A DNA stretch of 55,503 bases from an uncultured archaeon. GTDB taxonomy: Archaea > Asgardarchaeota > Lokiarchaeia > Sigyniarchaeales > SOKP01. Shown in pieces: positions 38,547 through 49,216 of the stretch. Location: positions 1 through 55,503 of the forward strand of contig CAZWEM010000028.1 in assembly GCA_964632315.1 (NCBI GenBank), in the 5' to 3' direction. Under the pieces are notes generated by a model. The model saw nothing but the letters and a program-made list of their open reading frames with translations. It was not told the DNA's origin and made no database searches. The translations under genes and the position numbers were made by a program. Numbering within the stretch: the stretch's first letter is position 1; every line of letters begins with the position of its first letter.

Positions 38547-39137
38547 ATGCATATAAATAGCCATTTTGCCATAGGTGTTTCGATTACTTCAATATTAAAC
38601 AGTATATTTTCTTTTTCATTGTTGGACTATTCTATAATCGTCATCTCTTCTTTTATTTGTGATTTCGATGTTTTTTTTTCCAAGTATGCAATAGACCACA
38701 ATCACAGGATGTTAATAAGTCACTCTTTAATCCCTAGTATTATTTTAATCCTTTTAGGCTTAATTTTTAATTGGTTTGTAATATTATTTAGTGGAATTGT
38801 TTACTCTATCCATATTATCATTGATACATTAGATTGGGGAACAAACATATTCTTTTTTCATAAAAAACCAGTTGGTTTGAAGCTGTTGATCACGAAAGAA
38901 GAACAAGAAAATCTTCCAAACTACTTAGCAGAATACAACAATAAGGAATCATTTTTTGATTCTAAATATTACAATAATAAGATTTGTATAATTATTGAAG
39001 TTTCCTTGTTTATAGTAATGATAATTAGTCTATTGGTTTTTACACCATATTACCTTCCCATTTCTATTTTTTACTTTTTAGGTTTATATTTTCACTTATC
39101 ACGGCATTTTCACCTTAAAAAGGCAGAAAATAGGTAA
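38547..39137 (+). CDS. Membrane-bound metal-dependent hydrolase (YdjM-like)
   Basis: MHINSH, DFD, HRMLISHS, HIIIDTL. Confidence 0.75.
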   Translation: MHINSHFAIGVSITSILNSIFSFSLLDYSIIVISSFICDFDVFFSKYAIDHNHRMLISHSLIPSIILILLGLIFNWFVILFSGIVYSIHIIIDTLDWGTNIFFFHKKPVGLKLLITKEEQENLPNYLAEYNNKESFFDSKYYNNKICIIIEVSLFIVMIISLLVFTPYYLPISIFYFLGLYFHLSRHFHLKKAENR

Positions 39138-39222
39138 AATATTATATATAGAACGAATTAAATATGTTTAAAAGAATTAACTCATATTAAAATTAGTCAA
39201 AAATAAAAAGTGGATCATAAAA

Positions 39223-39663
39223 ATGTCAGAGGAAATTAAAAAGGTCAATGTAAATATCACATTAGAAGAGGAAATGATTTTTAAATGTGAGCTTGGCGAT
39301 ATAAAGGTGGAGGAGTGTTATATAGATGATACAAATAAAGATGAGGTCAACATGCTCGGTCCTAATCCTTCAAGATTGGTAGGTTTAGCCGTTTTAGGGT
39401 GTTTAAGTTCAAGTTTTATTTTTTGTCTAAAGAAACGTGATTTTACCTTAGATAACCTGAAAGCAGAAGCTGAAGTAATAATAGGAAGAAATGAAAAAGG
39501 ATTTTGGAGAGTTAAGAAAATCAATGTTAATATAGATGTAAAAATTGACGATCCGGAAACTAGGAAAAGAGCAGATCAATGTAGGAAAATGTTTGAGCAA
39601 TACTGTCTTGTCACTCAATCAATTAGAAAGGGTATCGATGTAGAACTAAAAATGAATTACTAA
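39223..39663 (+). CDS. OsmC/Ohr family protein
   Basis: GPNPSRL..AVLGC...YCLVTQSI. Confidence 0.88.
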   Translation: MSEEIKKVNVNITLEEEMIFKCELGDIKVEECYIDDTNKDEVNMLGPNPSRLVGLAVLGCLSSSFIFCLKKRDFTLDNLKAEAEVIIGRNEKGFWRVKKINVNIDVKIDDPETRKRADQCRKMFEQYCLVTQSIRKGIDVELKMNY

Positions 39664-39675
39664 AATATTTTTAAT

Positions 39676-40650
39676 TTAATCTCTTATGCCATCTTCAGTA
39701 ATTGAAAAGATTGCCTCTTCTTCAGGTAGATTTGGAGCATCAACAATTTTAGCAACCCGTTGCTCACCTTTACCTTTACGTAAATATACTCTTATAGTAG
39801 CTCCATGAGCAACGATATTTCCTCCTGTGGCTCTTATTGGATTACCATAAAAAACATCTGGTTTTGCTGAAACTTGATTTGTGACTAAAACAGCCATATC
39901 CTCATATATTTCACTTATTCGTAATAAATCATGTATATGAGTATTAAGAATTTGTTGACGATTTGCTAGTGTTCCTCTACCAACATACTCGCTACGAAAA
40001 TGACCAATAAGAGAATCAACAATAACGAGCTTTATATCTTTTTCTTCAATAATTTTTGAAGCCTCTTTGATTAAAATAATTTGATGATCACTGTTATAAG
40101 CCCGACCAACAACAATTTTTTGCAGAGCTTTCTTATAATCCATATCTTTAGCTTCTGCCATATGTATGATTCGTTCAGGGCGAAATGTACCTTCTGTATC
40201 TATATATAAAGCGCCTCCATCAAGACCTCCCTCTTCTTGCTTTAATTGCACATTAACGCATAACTGATGAGCAAGTTGGGTTTTGCCAGTCCGATATTCT
40301 CCAAATAATTCTGTCACGGCTCTTGTTTCAATACCTCCTCCAAAAAGATCATCCAAATTCTGACTTCCAGTACTAATTCGATGCATTAATTTACGTTTTT
40401 CCCAAACCAAATCAGCAGATTTAAAGCCCATTTGTTCAAAATCTTGAGCTTGTTTTATTAATTTCTGAGCAGTTTTTTCTCCGACACCAGCATCTTCCAT
40501 TAAATTTTGAATAGGATACATTGCTAATGTTCGTACTGAAATTATCCCTGCGTCTTTTAACTTTTTCAGAGTAGCTTCTCCAACTCCAGGTATGTCATTT
40601 AGGGTATAAGTTGGTTGTTCTCCTTCAGATGATGCTATCTTTTTAGCCAT
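39676..40650 (-). CDS. radA: DNA repair and recombination protein RadA
   Basis: N-terminal Hh[36 protein letters not shown]. Confidence 0.97.
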   Translation of the reverse strand: MAKKIASSEGEQPTYTLNDIPGVGEATLKKLKDAGIISVRTLAMYPIQNLMEDAGVGEKTAQKLIKQAQDFEQMGFKSADLVWEKRKLMHRISTGSQNLDDLFGGGIETRAVTELFGEYRTGKTQLAHQLCVNVQLKQEEGGLDGGALYIDTEGTFRPERIIHMAEAKDMDYKKALQKIVVGRAYNSDHQIILIKEASKIIEEKDIKLVIVDSLIGHFRSEYVGRGTLANRQQILNTHIHDLLRISEIYEDMAVLVTNQVSAKPDVFYGNPIRATGGNIVAHGATIRVYLRKGKGEQRVAKIVDAPNLPEEEAIFSITEDGIRD

Positions 40651-40744
40651 AATTTTAAAATTTGAATATAATTCGTTCTCTTATAAATAAATCGTTATGA
40701 ACATATAAAAATAATGACAAATCATTAATAAAGGAATAAAAAAG

Positions 40745-41452
40745 TTAAGATTTTTTTTGTTGTGGTTTAATTTGTTGAGCTTCTTTACCACTTCTAGTTA
40801 TGAGCAGTAATACGATAAATAAGATAACACACATGAGGAATGTTAGGACTACCAGAGCAGAAGGCAACCAGATATAGCTTAAATATAAAAATGGAAGAAT
40901 GAATAATGCAATTATAATGATAAACATTGGTAAAGGTACTTCTTCATCTTTTAGGTCTACTATTAACGGAATTATCACCAAAATGATTAATAGAGTCGCC
41001 GTTAATCGAAAACCGAGTAACATTATTGGATTCACCCAGGATTCTATTGCGAAGGTATCAGTATATATATCGGGTAGATAAAATACGCCCACCCAAACAG
41101 TTGTATTTGTACGAAAGACGGCATTTGTTACTGGCAATATTGCTGTCAAGATGAATTGCACGACAATAGCCAATACTAAATATAATACTATATCATTGAT
41201 ATTCTTCGTATTTGCTTTTACACCCCACAAATCACGTAATAGACAAATACACCAAAGAATAAATAGTACGAAATAAACTCCTAAAACATCGAAATTTAAT
41301 GACCATAAGTAATTTACAGGTGCTAAAGCTACTAAATAAGCCAGATATGCATATTTCTCGTTTCTTTTAAACATATCAAATATAAGAAACACGGCAAAGA
41401 TAATTAGAAGGGTAAATAGAATGATAATTGAATTAATATCGAATAATGCCAA
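40745..41452 (-). CDS. Multi-pass membrane protein
   Basis: About 7 hydrophobic segments. Confidence 0.75.
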   Translation of the reverse strand: MALFDINSIIILFTLLIIFAVFLIFDMFKRNEKYAYLAYLVALAPVNYLWSLNFDVLGVYFVLFILWCICLLRDLWGVKANTKNINDIVLYLVLAIVVQFILTAILPVTNAVFRTNTTVWVGVFYLPDIYTDTFAIESWVNPIMLLGFRLTATLLIILVIIPLIVDLKDEEVPLPMFIIIIALFILPFLYLSYIWLPSALVVLTFLMCVILFIVLLLITRSGKEAQQIKPQQKKS

Positions 41453-41560
41453 AATTAGACCATCTTTTATTTTTTATTTGAATTAGTTTATAATAATATA
41501 ATAATCTAATTTTTTAAATCTTTAATGTTATTTACGTGTGAATATTAGTAAAGCTGATAA

Positions 41561-42943
41561 TTATTTAGTCAAATCCGAGATTAAGTGAGAGATGGTTTCG
41601 ATCATTTCTTTTGATTTTTTCGGATCTTTTGCTTCTGATGAGAGAAGTATAGAATCTCGATTTAAGGCAACTTTTATCGTCATATTAGCATCTTCATCTA
41701 ATATTTTCAATTCATTAATTATATCATGATATTTAAGATCGTGTGCTTCAGCGAATTTAATTAACTTATTATGGATGTTTTCAAGAACTTTTGATGGGAC
41801 AGGTACGCTTTTATTTACTTTAATTCCTTTTGGGAAGCCTCTAATAAGAGCACTTAATAAATCGTTTTCTTTTGTCATTATTTCAAGCAGTTTTAACAAG
41901 ATTAAATTGCCATCAGAAAATGGAGCATACTGAGGGAAATAAAATTTTAGTGTATCTGCAGCACCAAAACAAGCTCTATGTTCTCTCATTTGGCGAGATA
42001 TTTCTCCAGGATAATTTTCATATTGTTTGACTGGATGCCCTGTATCTTCAATATACTTAATTACAATTGGGGAGATTGAGGGGGTTGTGATTATTGTATT
42101 GGAACTAGACTTCCTTATACGATCTTCGTAGGTAATAAAAAGCATCAATAAATCTTCAAAACTTATTTCCAATCCATTTTCATCTAAAATCAAAATACGC
42201 GAACCGTCAACATCAAAACAAACTCCAAGATGACTGTTTGAAGCTTTGACTATATCTGCCGTGTTTCTGATGGAATTAATACTTGGTACAGGAATTTCTG
42301 ATCGCTCGCGATAATGAGTATTTAGTGCGATAAATTCTGTTCCAATATCGTTTAAGAGTAAAGGAGTAATTTTTCCAGTCGGTCCATAGGAACAATCAAT
42401 TACGACTTTCAAATTTGCGTTCCTAATTGCTTTATTATCTACAAACTGCTGGAGTGATTTTACATAAACATCTTGAGTTTGAGGAATGGCAGTGATTTGT
42501 CCAATTCTACTTGGTTCCACGCGTCGTACTTCTGACGGATAAGAGTTATAAGAAGCGATAATTTTTTGTATTTCACTTTGCTCAAATTCAATCCCTCCAG
42601 CATCCACAAATCTTATGCCTACATCTTCACTATATAAATGGCCTCCAGAGAAATATACTCCTCCATTTGCTCCAAATCTACGTATAGTAAATTGTAATAG
42701 AGGATAAGTACAATCACTTAAATTAAGTATATCTACACCCGTACTCATCACTCCTGAAGTGTATCCCCTCTTCAACATTCTACTGTCATTATGATAATCT
42801 CGTCCAATTACAATCGTATCATCCTCATTAAAAAGACTGCCATGAATAGAACCTATAGAACTAGCGATCTCCGGCGTGAAGATATAATTAGCTCTACCGA
42901 TAATACGACCCCTTTTATTAAGTTCATTAAGATTTTGGACCAT
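41561..42943 (-). CDS. Phosphoglucomutase/phosphomannomutase family protein with degenerate active site
   Basis: IGRDY..SRMLK, VVIDCSYG, CFDVDGSR; the TASHNP position reads SGGHLY. Confidence 0.85.
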   Translation of the reverse strand: MVQNLNELNKRGRIIGRANYIFTPEIASSIGSIHGSLFNEDDTIVIGRDYHNDSRMLKRGYTSGVMSTGVDILNLSDCTYPLLQFTIRRFGANGGVYFSGGHLYSEDVGIRFVDAGGIEFEQSEIQKIIASYNSYPSEVRRVEPSRIGQITAIPQTQDVYVKSLQQFVDNKAIRNANLKVVIDCSYGPTGKITPLLLNDIGTEFIALNTHYRERSEIPVPSINSIRNTADIVKASNSHLGVCFDVDGSRILILDENGLEISFEDLLMLFITYEDRIRKSSSNTIITTPSISPIVIKYIEDTGHPVKQYENYPGEISRQMREHRACFGAADTLKFYFPQYAPFSDGNLILLKLLEIMTKENDLLSALIRGFPKGIKVNKSVPVPSKVLENIHNKLIKFAEAHDLKYHDIINELKILDEDANMTIKVALNRDSILLSSEAKDPKKSKEMIETISHLISDLTK

Positions 42944-43098
42944 TTCTATCGAACTGTAAGTTAATTTTCAACTTAGATTAATGTGATTAAGCAAGGATAG
43001 AACTTATATTTTTAGAGTTTTTATTATAGAAACATTACCTATATTAATTTAGTATTAAGCTTAAATAGAAAAAGACTATATATTAGGATGAATTTCTC

Positions 43099-46000
43099 AT
43101 GAAAATCTCTAGAGATGCAAGAAAAAAGTATCAACTTAGTGAATTCAAGTATTCAGACGTTGGAAACATAATTTTTGATGGTGATATTTATACCGTTAGA
43201 AAATTCACTCAAAAAATAAATGAAAAAAAAGACTTGATTAACTATCCCGAATTAGCAGTAAAAACGGCATATTTTAATGCAATGGCTTTAATTTATGAGA
43301 TTTATGATGCAATTATTGAAAAGTATAAAAAAGAAACTCAAAATGAAGATATTGAAACTGACTTATACGATCACTTAGAAGAAACTTTTGATTTAAAGGA
43401 GATTAAGGAATCAATTGAATTATTCTCTGAAGATTTTCCTCCAGAAAAGGTTTATGAGGATAAAATCGATCTGGATGAATATCTTGAACAAAAAACTAAT
43501 GGGATTGAGAATGAAAAAAGGCTTTTGAATGAAGTTATAATATTGTGGTTGGGAAATACGAATCCCTCATTTCTCCCCTATATAGAATTCTTTGATGATG
43601 AAAAGCTTGAAAAGCAAACTGATTATCGAGAAATTATTGATGAAATATCAAAATTTTTTGAGAGTAAGCAAAAATTTGGTCCTAATAATCAAAATTTAAT
43701 TGAAATGTTAAAAGCTCCATTTGAATTATATCCTCACTCTTTAAGGGAACAATTGGAATATATTTATAAGAATTGGAATGAATTGTTAGGGGATTTTGCT
43801 TACAAAATATTACGCGCTTTGGATTTAATAAGGGAGGAGGAACAATTTCGAGGTTTAGGGCCTGGAAAGTCCAGAGCATATGAATATGATCTCATGGAAG
43901 GTGAAAATTTCACTCCTGATAAAGATTGGATGCCGAAAGTTATCATGCTAGCGAAAAATGTCTATGTTTGGTTAAATCAACTTTCAAAAAAATATCAAAG
44001 ATCTATTAGCAAATTGCATGAGATTCCTGATGAGGAATTACATGAAATTCGGAATTACGGATTCAATGCCCTCTGGCTTATAGGGGTTTGGGAGCGAAGC
44101 CAAGCTTCCAAAAAAATTAAAAGATGGTGTGGGAATCCAGAAGCTGAAGCAAGCGCATATTCACTTTGGGATTATGTAATTGCCTATGATTTAGGAGGGG
44201 AAAATTCATTTCAAAATTTAAAAAAGAGAGCTTCAGCAAACGGGATTAGACTTGCTAGTGATATGGTACCAAATCATACTGGAATCGTTTCTAAATGGAC
44301 CCTGGAGCATCCCGATTGGTATGTTTCTTTGACTTATCCGCCATTTCCTTCATATCAATATTCAGGGGAAAATTTAACGGGTAAGGCTGATGTAGGGATT
44401 TATTTAGAAGATAAATATTTCAACAGGAGTGATGCTGCAGTTACATTTAAACATGTGGATTTCAGAAATGATATAACTAGATATATATATCATGGAAATG
44501 ATGGTACTAGCTTTCCTTGGAATGATACTGCTCAATTGAATTATTTAGTTCCAGAAGTCCGAGAAGCGGTAATTAAAACAATACTTTATGTATCAAGATT
44601 ATTCCCAATTATTAGATTTGATGCTGCTATGACATTGACAAAAAAACATTATCAGCGATTATGGTATCCTGTTCCGGGAACTGGAGGGGCAATTCCTTCA
44701 AGAGCCGAGCATGGAATTTCAAGGGCTGACTTTAATCGAGCAATGCCCAAAGAATTTTGGAGAGAAGTAGTTGAAAGAATAAATCAAGATAATCCCGATA
44801 CCCTTCTTCTTGCTGAGGCTTTTTGGCTCCTTGAAGGATATTTTGTACGGACTCTGGGAATGCATAGAGTCTATAATTCTGCATTTATGAACATGCTTAG
44901 AGATGAGGAGAATTCAATGTATAGGTTAGTAATAAAAAATACGCTTGAGTTTGATCCCAAAATTCTCAAAAGATTTGTAAATTTCATGAATAACCCTGAC
45001 GAAGAGACAGCAATAAAACAATTTGGTTCTGGAGGTAAATACTTCGGAGTATGCCTAATGATGGTAACAATGCCGGGATTGCCGATGTTTGGTCATGGTC
45101 AAATCGAAGGATACCATGAAAAATACGGAATGGAATACCGTAAAGCCTATTGGGATGAAGATATAGATTATGGATTATTAAATTATCACAAAATGGTGGT
45201 ATTTCCAATCATGAGGAAAAGGTATTTATTTTCTGAGGTATCAAACTTTTTTCTTTATGATTTTTGGACTGGTAATGTAGTTAACGAAGATGTGTTTGCT
45301 TATTCTAATAATTTTAACAGTGAAAGATCATTGGTTATTTATCATAATAAGTACAACGAAACGAAGGGATTCATAAAAAATTCAGTTGGTTTTGCTGTAA
45401 ATGAAGGAGAAAATAAAGTAATTAGACAAACAACCTTAGGCGAAGGATTAAACCTCCCCTCTGAAGATTATTGCATCTTTAAGGATTATGTAACTGGGCT
45501 TGAATATCTTAGAAGAAATAAAGATATTCACGAAAAAGGCTTGTATATCGAGCTTCAGGCGTATCAAGTTTTTGTCTTTTTAGATTTCCAAATTATAAAA
45601 GATAACCAATTCTTTCATTATGCCCAATTATTTGATTTTCTCTCAGGAAAAGGTGTTCCAAGTATAAATGATGCTTTAAATGATGTGATTTATCAACCTA
45701 TACATGTTCCTTTTAGGAAATTAATTGAAGAGAAAATGTTAAATGAACTTTTGGATGAAGAAAAACGTGAAGACTCAATAGACTCTTTTGATTCAATTTT
45801 GGAAAGTTTATTAAAAGAAGTCGAAAATTACATGCAAGGGTTGGGTGATATTAAAGAAATTAGAAAAGAATTAATTAATAAACTTAAAATTGCTCTAAAT
45901 TATAAAAACTATCTAGAGCTTTTTGATTCGAATGATGATTTAATTAATTTCATAAGAGACATCATTCCAAAAAATCCTCTTGAATGGGCTATTTTCATAT

Positions 46001-46509
46001 CTTGGTTAATCTTACATCAATTAGGTCGTGTAAAAGAAGAAGAATCTTCTGAACTTAGAAGTAGAAGTTTGATGGATGAATGGCATCTTTCTAAATTTCT
46101 TAATAGCACATTTCAACAAATATCAGCTAATGAACCTTCAAGATCTATCATTAATGATATAAAAATTGTAAAAATTATGATTAGCCAGCAAAATTGGTAT
46201 AATATACTCAAATCATCGAATTTCAATGCTGGCATTACATTAGAAAAAATATTTCATGATACTGAAGTCCAAGAGTACTTAAACTTTAATAGATATAAAG
46301 AGATTTTATGGTTTAGTAAAGAAAATTTTATGGAATTAGCGAGATGGCTAATGATAATTGCAAGTTCCAACTTTTTAGAGAATAATCTACCTGATCTAAA
46401 AGAAAAATTAAGAAACATTTCCAAAGTGTATGAATTATGGAAAAGTGCGGCAATAGAATCCAAGTTTAAAGTAAATAATTTCTTTATGCTATTAAAAAAT
46501 GAAATTTAA
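43099..46509 (+). CDS. Large (1136 aa) GH13 alpha-amylase family protein
   Basis: SDMVPNH, IRFDAAM, LLAEAFW, FMNNPDE; long N- and C-terminal extensions. Confidence 0.9.
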   Translation: MKISRDARKKYQLSEFKYSDVGNIIFDGDIYTVRKFTQKINEKKDLINYPELAVKTAYFNAMALIYEIYDAIIEKYKKETQNEDIETDLYDHLEETFDLKEIKESIELFSEDFPPEKVYEDKIDLDEYLEQKTNGIENEKRLLNEVIILWLGNTNPSFLPYIEFFDDEKLEKQTDYREIIDEISKFFESKQKFGPNNQNLIEMLKAPFELYPHSLREQLEYIYKNWNELLGDFAYKILRALDLIREEEQFRGLGPGKSRAYEYDLMEGENFTPDKDWMPKVIMLAKNVYVWLNQLSKKYQRSISKLHEIPDEELHEIRNYGFNALWLIGVWERSQASKKIKRWCGNPEAEASAYSLWDYVIAYDLGGENSFQNLKKRASANGIRLASDMVPNHTGIVSKWTLEHPDWYVSLTYPPFPSYQYSGENLTGKADVGIYLEDKYFNRSDAAVTFKHVDFRNDITRYIYHGNDGTSFPWNDTAQLNYLVPEVREAVIKTILYVSRLFPIIRFDAAMTLTKKHYQRLWYPVPGTGGAIPSRAEHGISRADFNRAMPKEFWREVVERINQDNPDTLLLAEAFWLLEGYFVRTLGMHRVYNSAFMNMLRDEENSMYRLVIKNTLEFDPKILKRFVNFMNNPDEETAIKQFGSGGKYFGVCLMMVTMPGLPMFGHGQIEGYHEKYGMEYRKAYWDEDIDYGLLNYHKMVVFPIMRKRYLFSEVSNFFLYDFWTGNVVNEDVFAYSNNFNSERSLVIYHNKYNETKGFIKNSVGFAVNEGENKVIRQTTLGEGLNLPSEDYCIFKDYVTGLEYLRRNKDIHEKGLYIELQAYQVFVFLDFQIIKDNQFFHYAQLFDFLSGKGVPSINDALNDVIYQPIHVPFRKLIEEKMLNELLDEEKREDSIDSFDSILESLLKEVENYMQGLGDIKEIRKELINKLKIALNYKNYLELFDSNDDLINFIRDIIPKNPLEWAIFISWLILHQLGRVKEEESSELRSRSLMDEWHLSKFLNSTFQQISANEPSRSIINDIKIVKIMISQQNWYNILKSSNFNAGITLEKIFHDTEVQEYLNFNRYKEILWFSKENFMELARWLMIIASSNFLENNLPDLKEKLRNISKVYELWKSAAIESKFKVNNFFMLLKNEI

Positions 46510-46533
46510 CATCTCTTAATTCAATTTATATTT

Positions 46534-47682
46534 TTACACAAATTCTCCAAGTTCTATAGTTCGATTCCGAATTTGTTTATTATCGCTTATTTTACAGTTA
46601 GGTCCAACTACAGCATTTTGCAAAACAACATTTTCTCCTATTTCAGTATCATTACAGATTATTGATTCATTTATTACTGCTCCAGCTCCAATATTAACAT
46701 CATCCCAAATGACACTTTTTTCAATGATTGAATCTTCTCCAATTTTAACTCGATTTCCGATAGATGTCAATTCCAATATTTTTACCCTATTTGAAAGTTC
46801 AACGAATTCTCCAAAGCAAGATGGTTTTTCTATAGTTACATTTTGTCCAGAACTGATCAAACCCATTACAAAAACACCATCATATTCTTCCCCATTAGGG
46901 GTAATTGGCCATCCATATTTCCGTAATAAATCCCAATTAGCCCATATATACGTTAGAGGGTTTCCACAATCCAACCAATAATAATCTTTTACAAAACCAT
47001 ATAGATCATAATTATTTTCTAATAGATATGGAAAAACTTCACCCCCAAAGTCCATCAATCCCGTTTCATAAAGAATATCAGCGATTCGTTTTTTGAAACA
47101 ATAGATGCCAGTATTAATAATATTTGTATGCAGGAAAAGATCAGTTTTTTGAGCCATACTACTCAGATACAATTCCATTGGTGCTGGTTTTTCTAAAAAT
47201 AAATAGATTTTTCTTTTCTGATCTAATAGTACAACTCCATACTGACTCGTATGACTTTCACTCATTTTCATTGAAATTGTAGCAATTCCATTTTTTTCAG
47301 AATGAAAATCCATAAATTGTCTCATGGGAAGATTTGTTACTATATCTGCCATGCTCACAACGATATTCTCTGAATCGATTTTATCCGTTAACATCCTATA
47401 TGCATCTGCCGTCCCTTTGCTTTCTTGGATAACACATTCTAATTCAACATCTCCCAGCTTATCAGGTGTCCAAGTACTCTCAATGTACTTTTTCATTTTC
47501 TTCCCCATGTATGCCAAAGCGAGTACTATATATTTGATATCAGCATATATTAAATGAGCTATCGAGTAATCCACCATAGGCTTATTTGTTACTTTTACAA
47601 GTGGTTTAGGCATTAATGAAGTTAATGGCATCAGTCTGGAACCTTTCCCACCAGCTAAAATAATCGAAGCCCAATCTCTCAA
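46534..47682 (-). CDS. NDP-sugar synthase (sugar-1-phosphate nucleotidyltransferase with left-handed beta-helix)
   Basis: ILAGGKGSRL.PLT..PKPL, FLEKP, INTGIY, YWLDCG, hexapeptide repeats. Confidence 0.92.
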   Translation of the reverse strand: MRDWASIILAGGKGSRLMPLTSLMPKPLVKVTNKPMVDYSIAHLIYADIKYIVLALAYMGKKMKKYIESTWTPDKLGDVELECVIQESKGTADAYRMLTDKIDSENIVVSMADIVTNLPMRQFMDFHSEKNGIATISMKMSESHTSQYGVVLLDQKRKIYLFLEKPAPMELYLSSMAQKTDLFLHTNIINTGIYCFKKRIADILYETGLMDFGGEVFPYLLENNYDLYGFVKDYYWLDCGNPLTYIWANWDLLRKYGWPITPNGEEYDGVFVMGLISSGQNVTIEKPSCFGEFVELSNRVKILELTSIGNRVKIGEDSIIEKSVIWDDVNIGAGAVINESIICNDTEIGENVVLQNAVVGPNCKISDNKQIRNRTIELGEFV

Positions 47683-47801
47683 CTTGAATCTCTCGAAAAT
47701 ATGCTCATAAAATATAAGTTTATAGCAGATTTAAATCTAATTTTCTTTAGAATTTAAAAATTTTCAATAATAACTATTAGATCAAATTGTATGATTATAA
47801 T

Positions 47802-49055
47802 TCATATTTGATTATTCAGAGCTTTTCTAATTTCTGCAGCTGCTATATGGGGTAGAATTGTTCCAACTCGCATATCGTCTGCCATTTCAGCGCCTCCAAT
47901 TATTTCATGAGGTATTATATCACCAAACAAATGAAAATTTGCGTCGTATCCATAAGGACAACAATTGAATATAATATTGCGATTTCTATCAATCTCGATT
48001 TGATCTAAAGCCTGAAATAATCGTTTAATCGATCTTGCTAAATCTTCTATTTGATTTATTTTTAATTGGGTAAATCGCCTAACGTGCTCGTTAGGGTGAA
48101 ATCGGATGTGATAATTCCTAATGGGACTCCCAGTTGTATAGTAAGTCCAGAATTTGGTTTTTAAAACGATTCGATCGGTATCTCCGTGGGTAGTTTCACA
48201 TAAATGACAATTGTCTCCCATATGTTTGAACGCTTGTAAATATCCCTCTAATCGGGAGCCATGACCGTCTCCATTAAGATCAATATAAACTTGGCTATGT
48301 ATTCTAGGTTGAGAACCACCTACCATTGTCCCTATATTAAAAAAGGGATTTACTGGAATATCATAATAATCTCGTTCAATGGCTTCTATTATGGAGTAAA
48401 GTATGGCTTCTTTCATGGATAAAAAGATTGCAGTTAAAACATTTTCAGGAATCAACTCAAAATGCATCGCTGGATAAAATTCTCTCGATATAGTTACTAA
48501 ATTAATACCTTTAGCCATTTTAAGATGAGAAGGTAAATTTTTAGTAATTAAATCCTCAATTTCTGGTTCAACTACACGAACCATTGATGGATACCTATTA
48601 ATCAAAGTGAGGGCTTTACAAGCCTTGTCAAGATTCTTCAGTTCTTGAGGAGTAATTGAAAATGGATTAGACTTCTTCAATTCATCTTCAGTTATAACTA
48701 TTGTATGTCCATCACCAATTAACCTATTCTTTTCATTATATACTGGTTTACCTTCTATGACAGCTTTAAAAACATCAACATAGTCCTTCCAATCTTTTTC
48801 TTTAAGTTTTTTCTTTTTTTCAACAGTTTTAAATCCTTTAGGACGCTTTCCCCTAATCGGAGATAAGTAAGAATAATGTCCGTGAAATCTTTTCTCTTTC
48901 CTATGGAGCCCAAATTCATTAGTCTCAATTATAACCGTTGATAAGGGATCCCAGCGTTTGATGGGTACCTTGTAAATGTCTTTAAAGTTTTTTTTATTGA
49001 TGATACCCCATTCCATAAATTTTGGTTCGTAGGTTTGGTGACTTTCTTCTTTCAT
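47802..49055 (-). CDS. GalT-like (HIT superfamily) nucleotidyltransferase/phosphorylase
   Basis: RWDPLS, NRYP, FFNIG..GGSQPRIHSQ, CHLC, FHLF. Confidence 0.75.
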   Translation of the reverse strand: MKEESHQTYEPKFMEWGIINKKNFKDIYKVPIKRWDPLSTVIIETNEFGLHRKEKRFHGHYSYLSPIRGKRPKGFKTVEKKKKLKEKDWKDYVDVFKAVIEGKPVYNEKNRLIGDGHTIVITEDELKKSNPFSITPQELKNLDKACKALTLINRYPSMVRVVEPEIEDLITKNLPSHLKMAKGINLVTISREFYPAMHFELIPENVLTAIFLSMKEAILYSIIEAIERDYYDIPVNPFFNIGTMVGGSQPRIHSQVYIDLNGDGHGSRLEGYLQAFKHMGDNCHLCETTHGDTDRIVLKTKFWTYYTTGSPIRNYHIRFHPNEHVRRFTQLKINQIEDLARSIKRLFQALDQIEIDRNRNIIFNCCPYGYDANFHLFGDIIPHEIIGGAEMADDMRVGTILPHIAAAEIRKALNNQI

Positions 49056-49216
49056 TTTATTCTATTTTAAAGGTAGATTTTCCCATTTAAATAATTATCT
49101 TTGAAGATTTTTTACTTTTTATTAAGATTAAGCATTAAATGTTCGCCAATAAACTAAGATATATATCAAAACAACTGGGATTCCTAATGCATATTCGATA
49201 TTCGCTACAAGCGAAG

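Noticed and set aside
49201-49216. Short hairpin TTCGCT-AC-AAGCGAA after the tandem GTPase stop
   Set aside because: The stem is too short and has no U-tract, so there is not enough to call a terminator.
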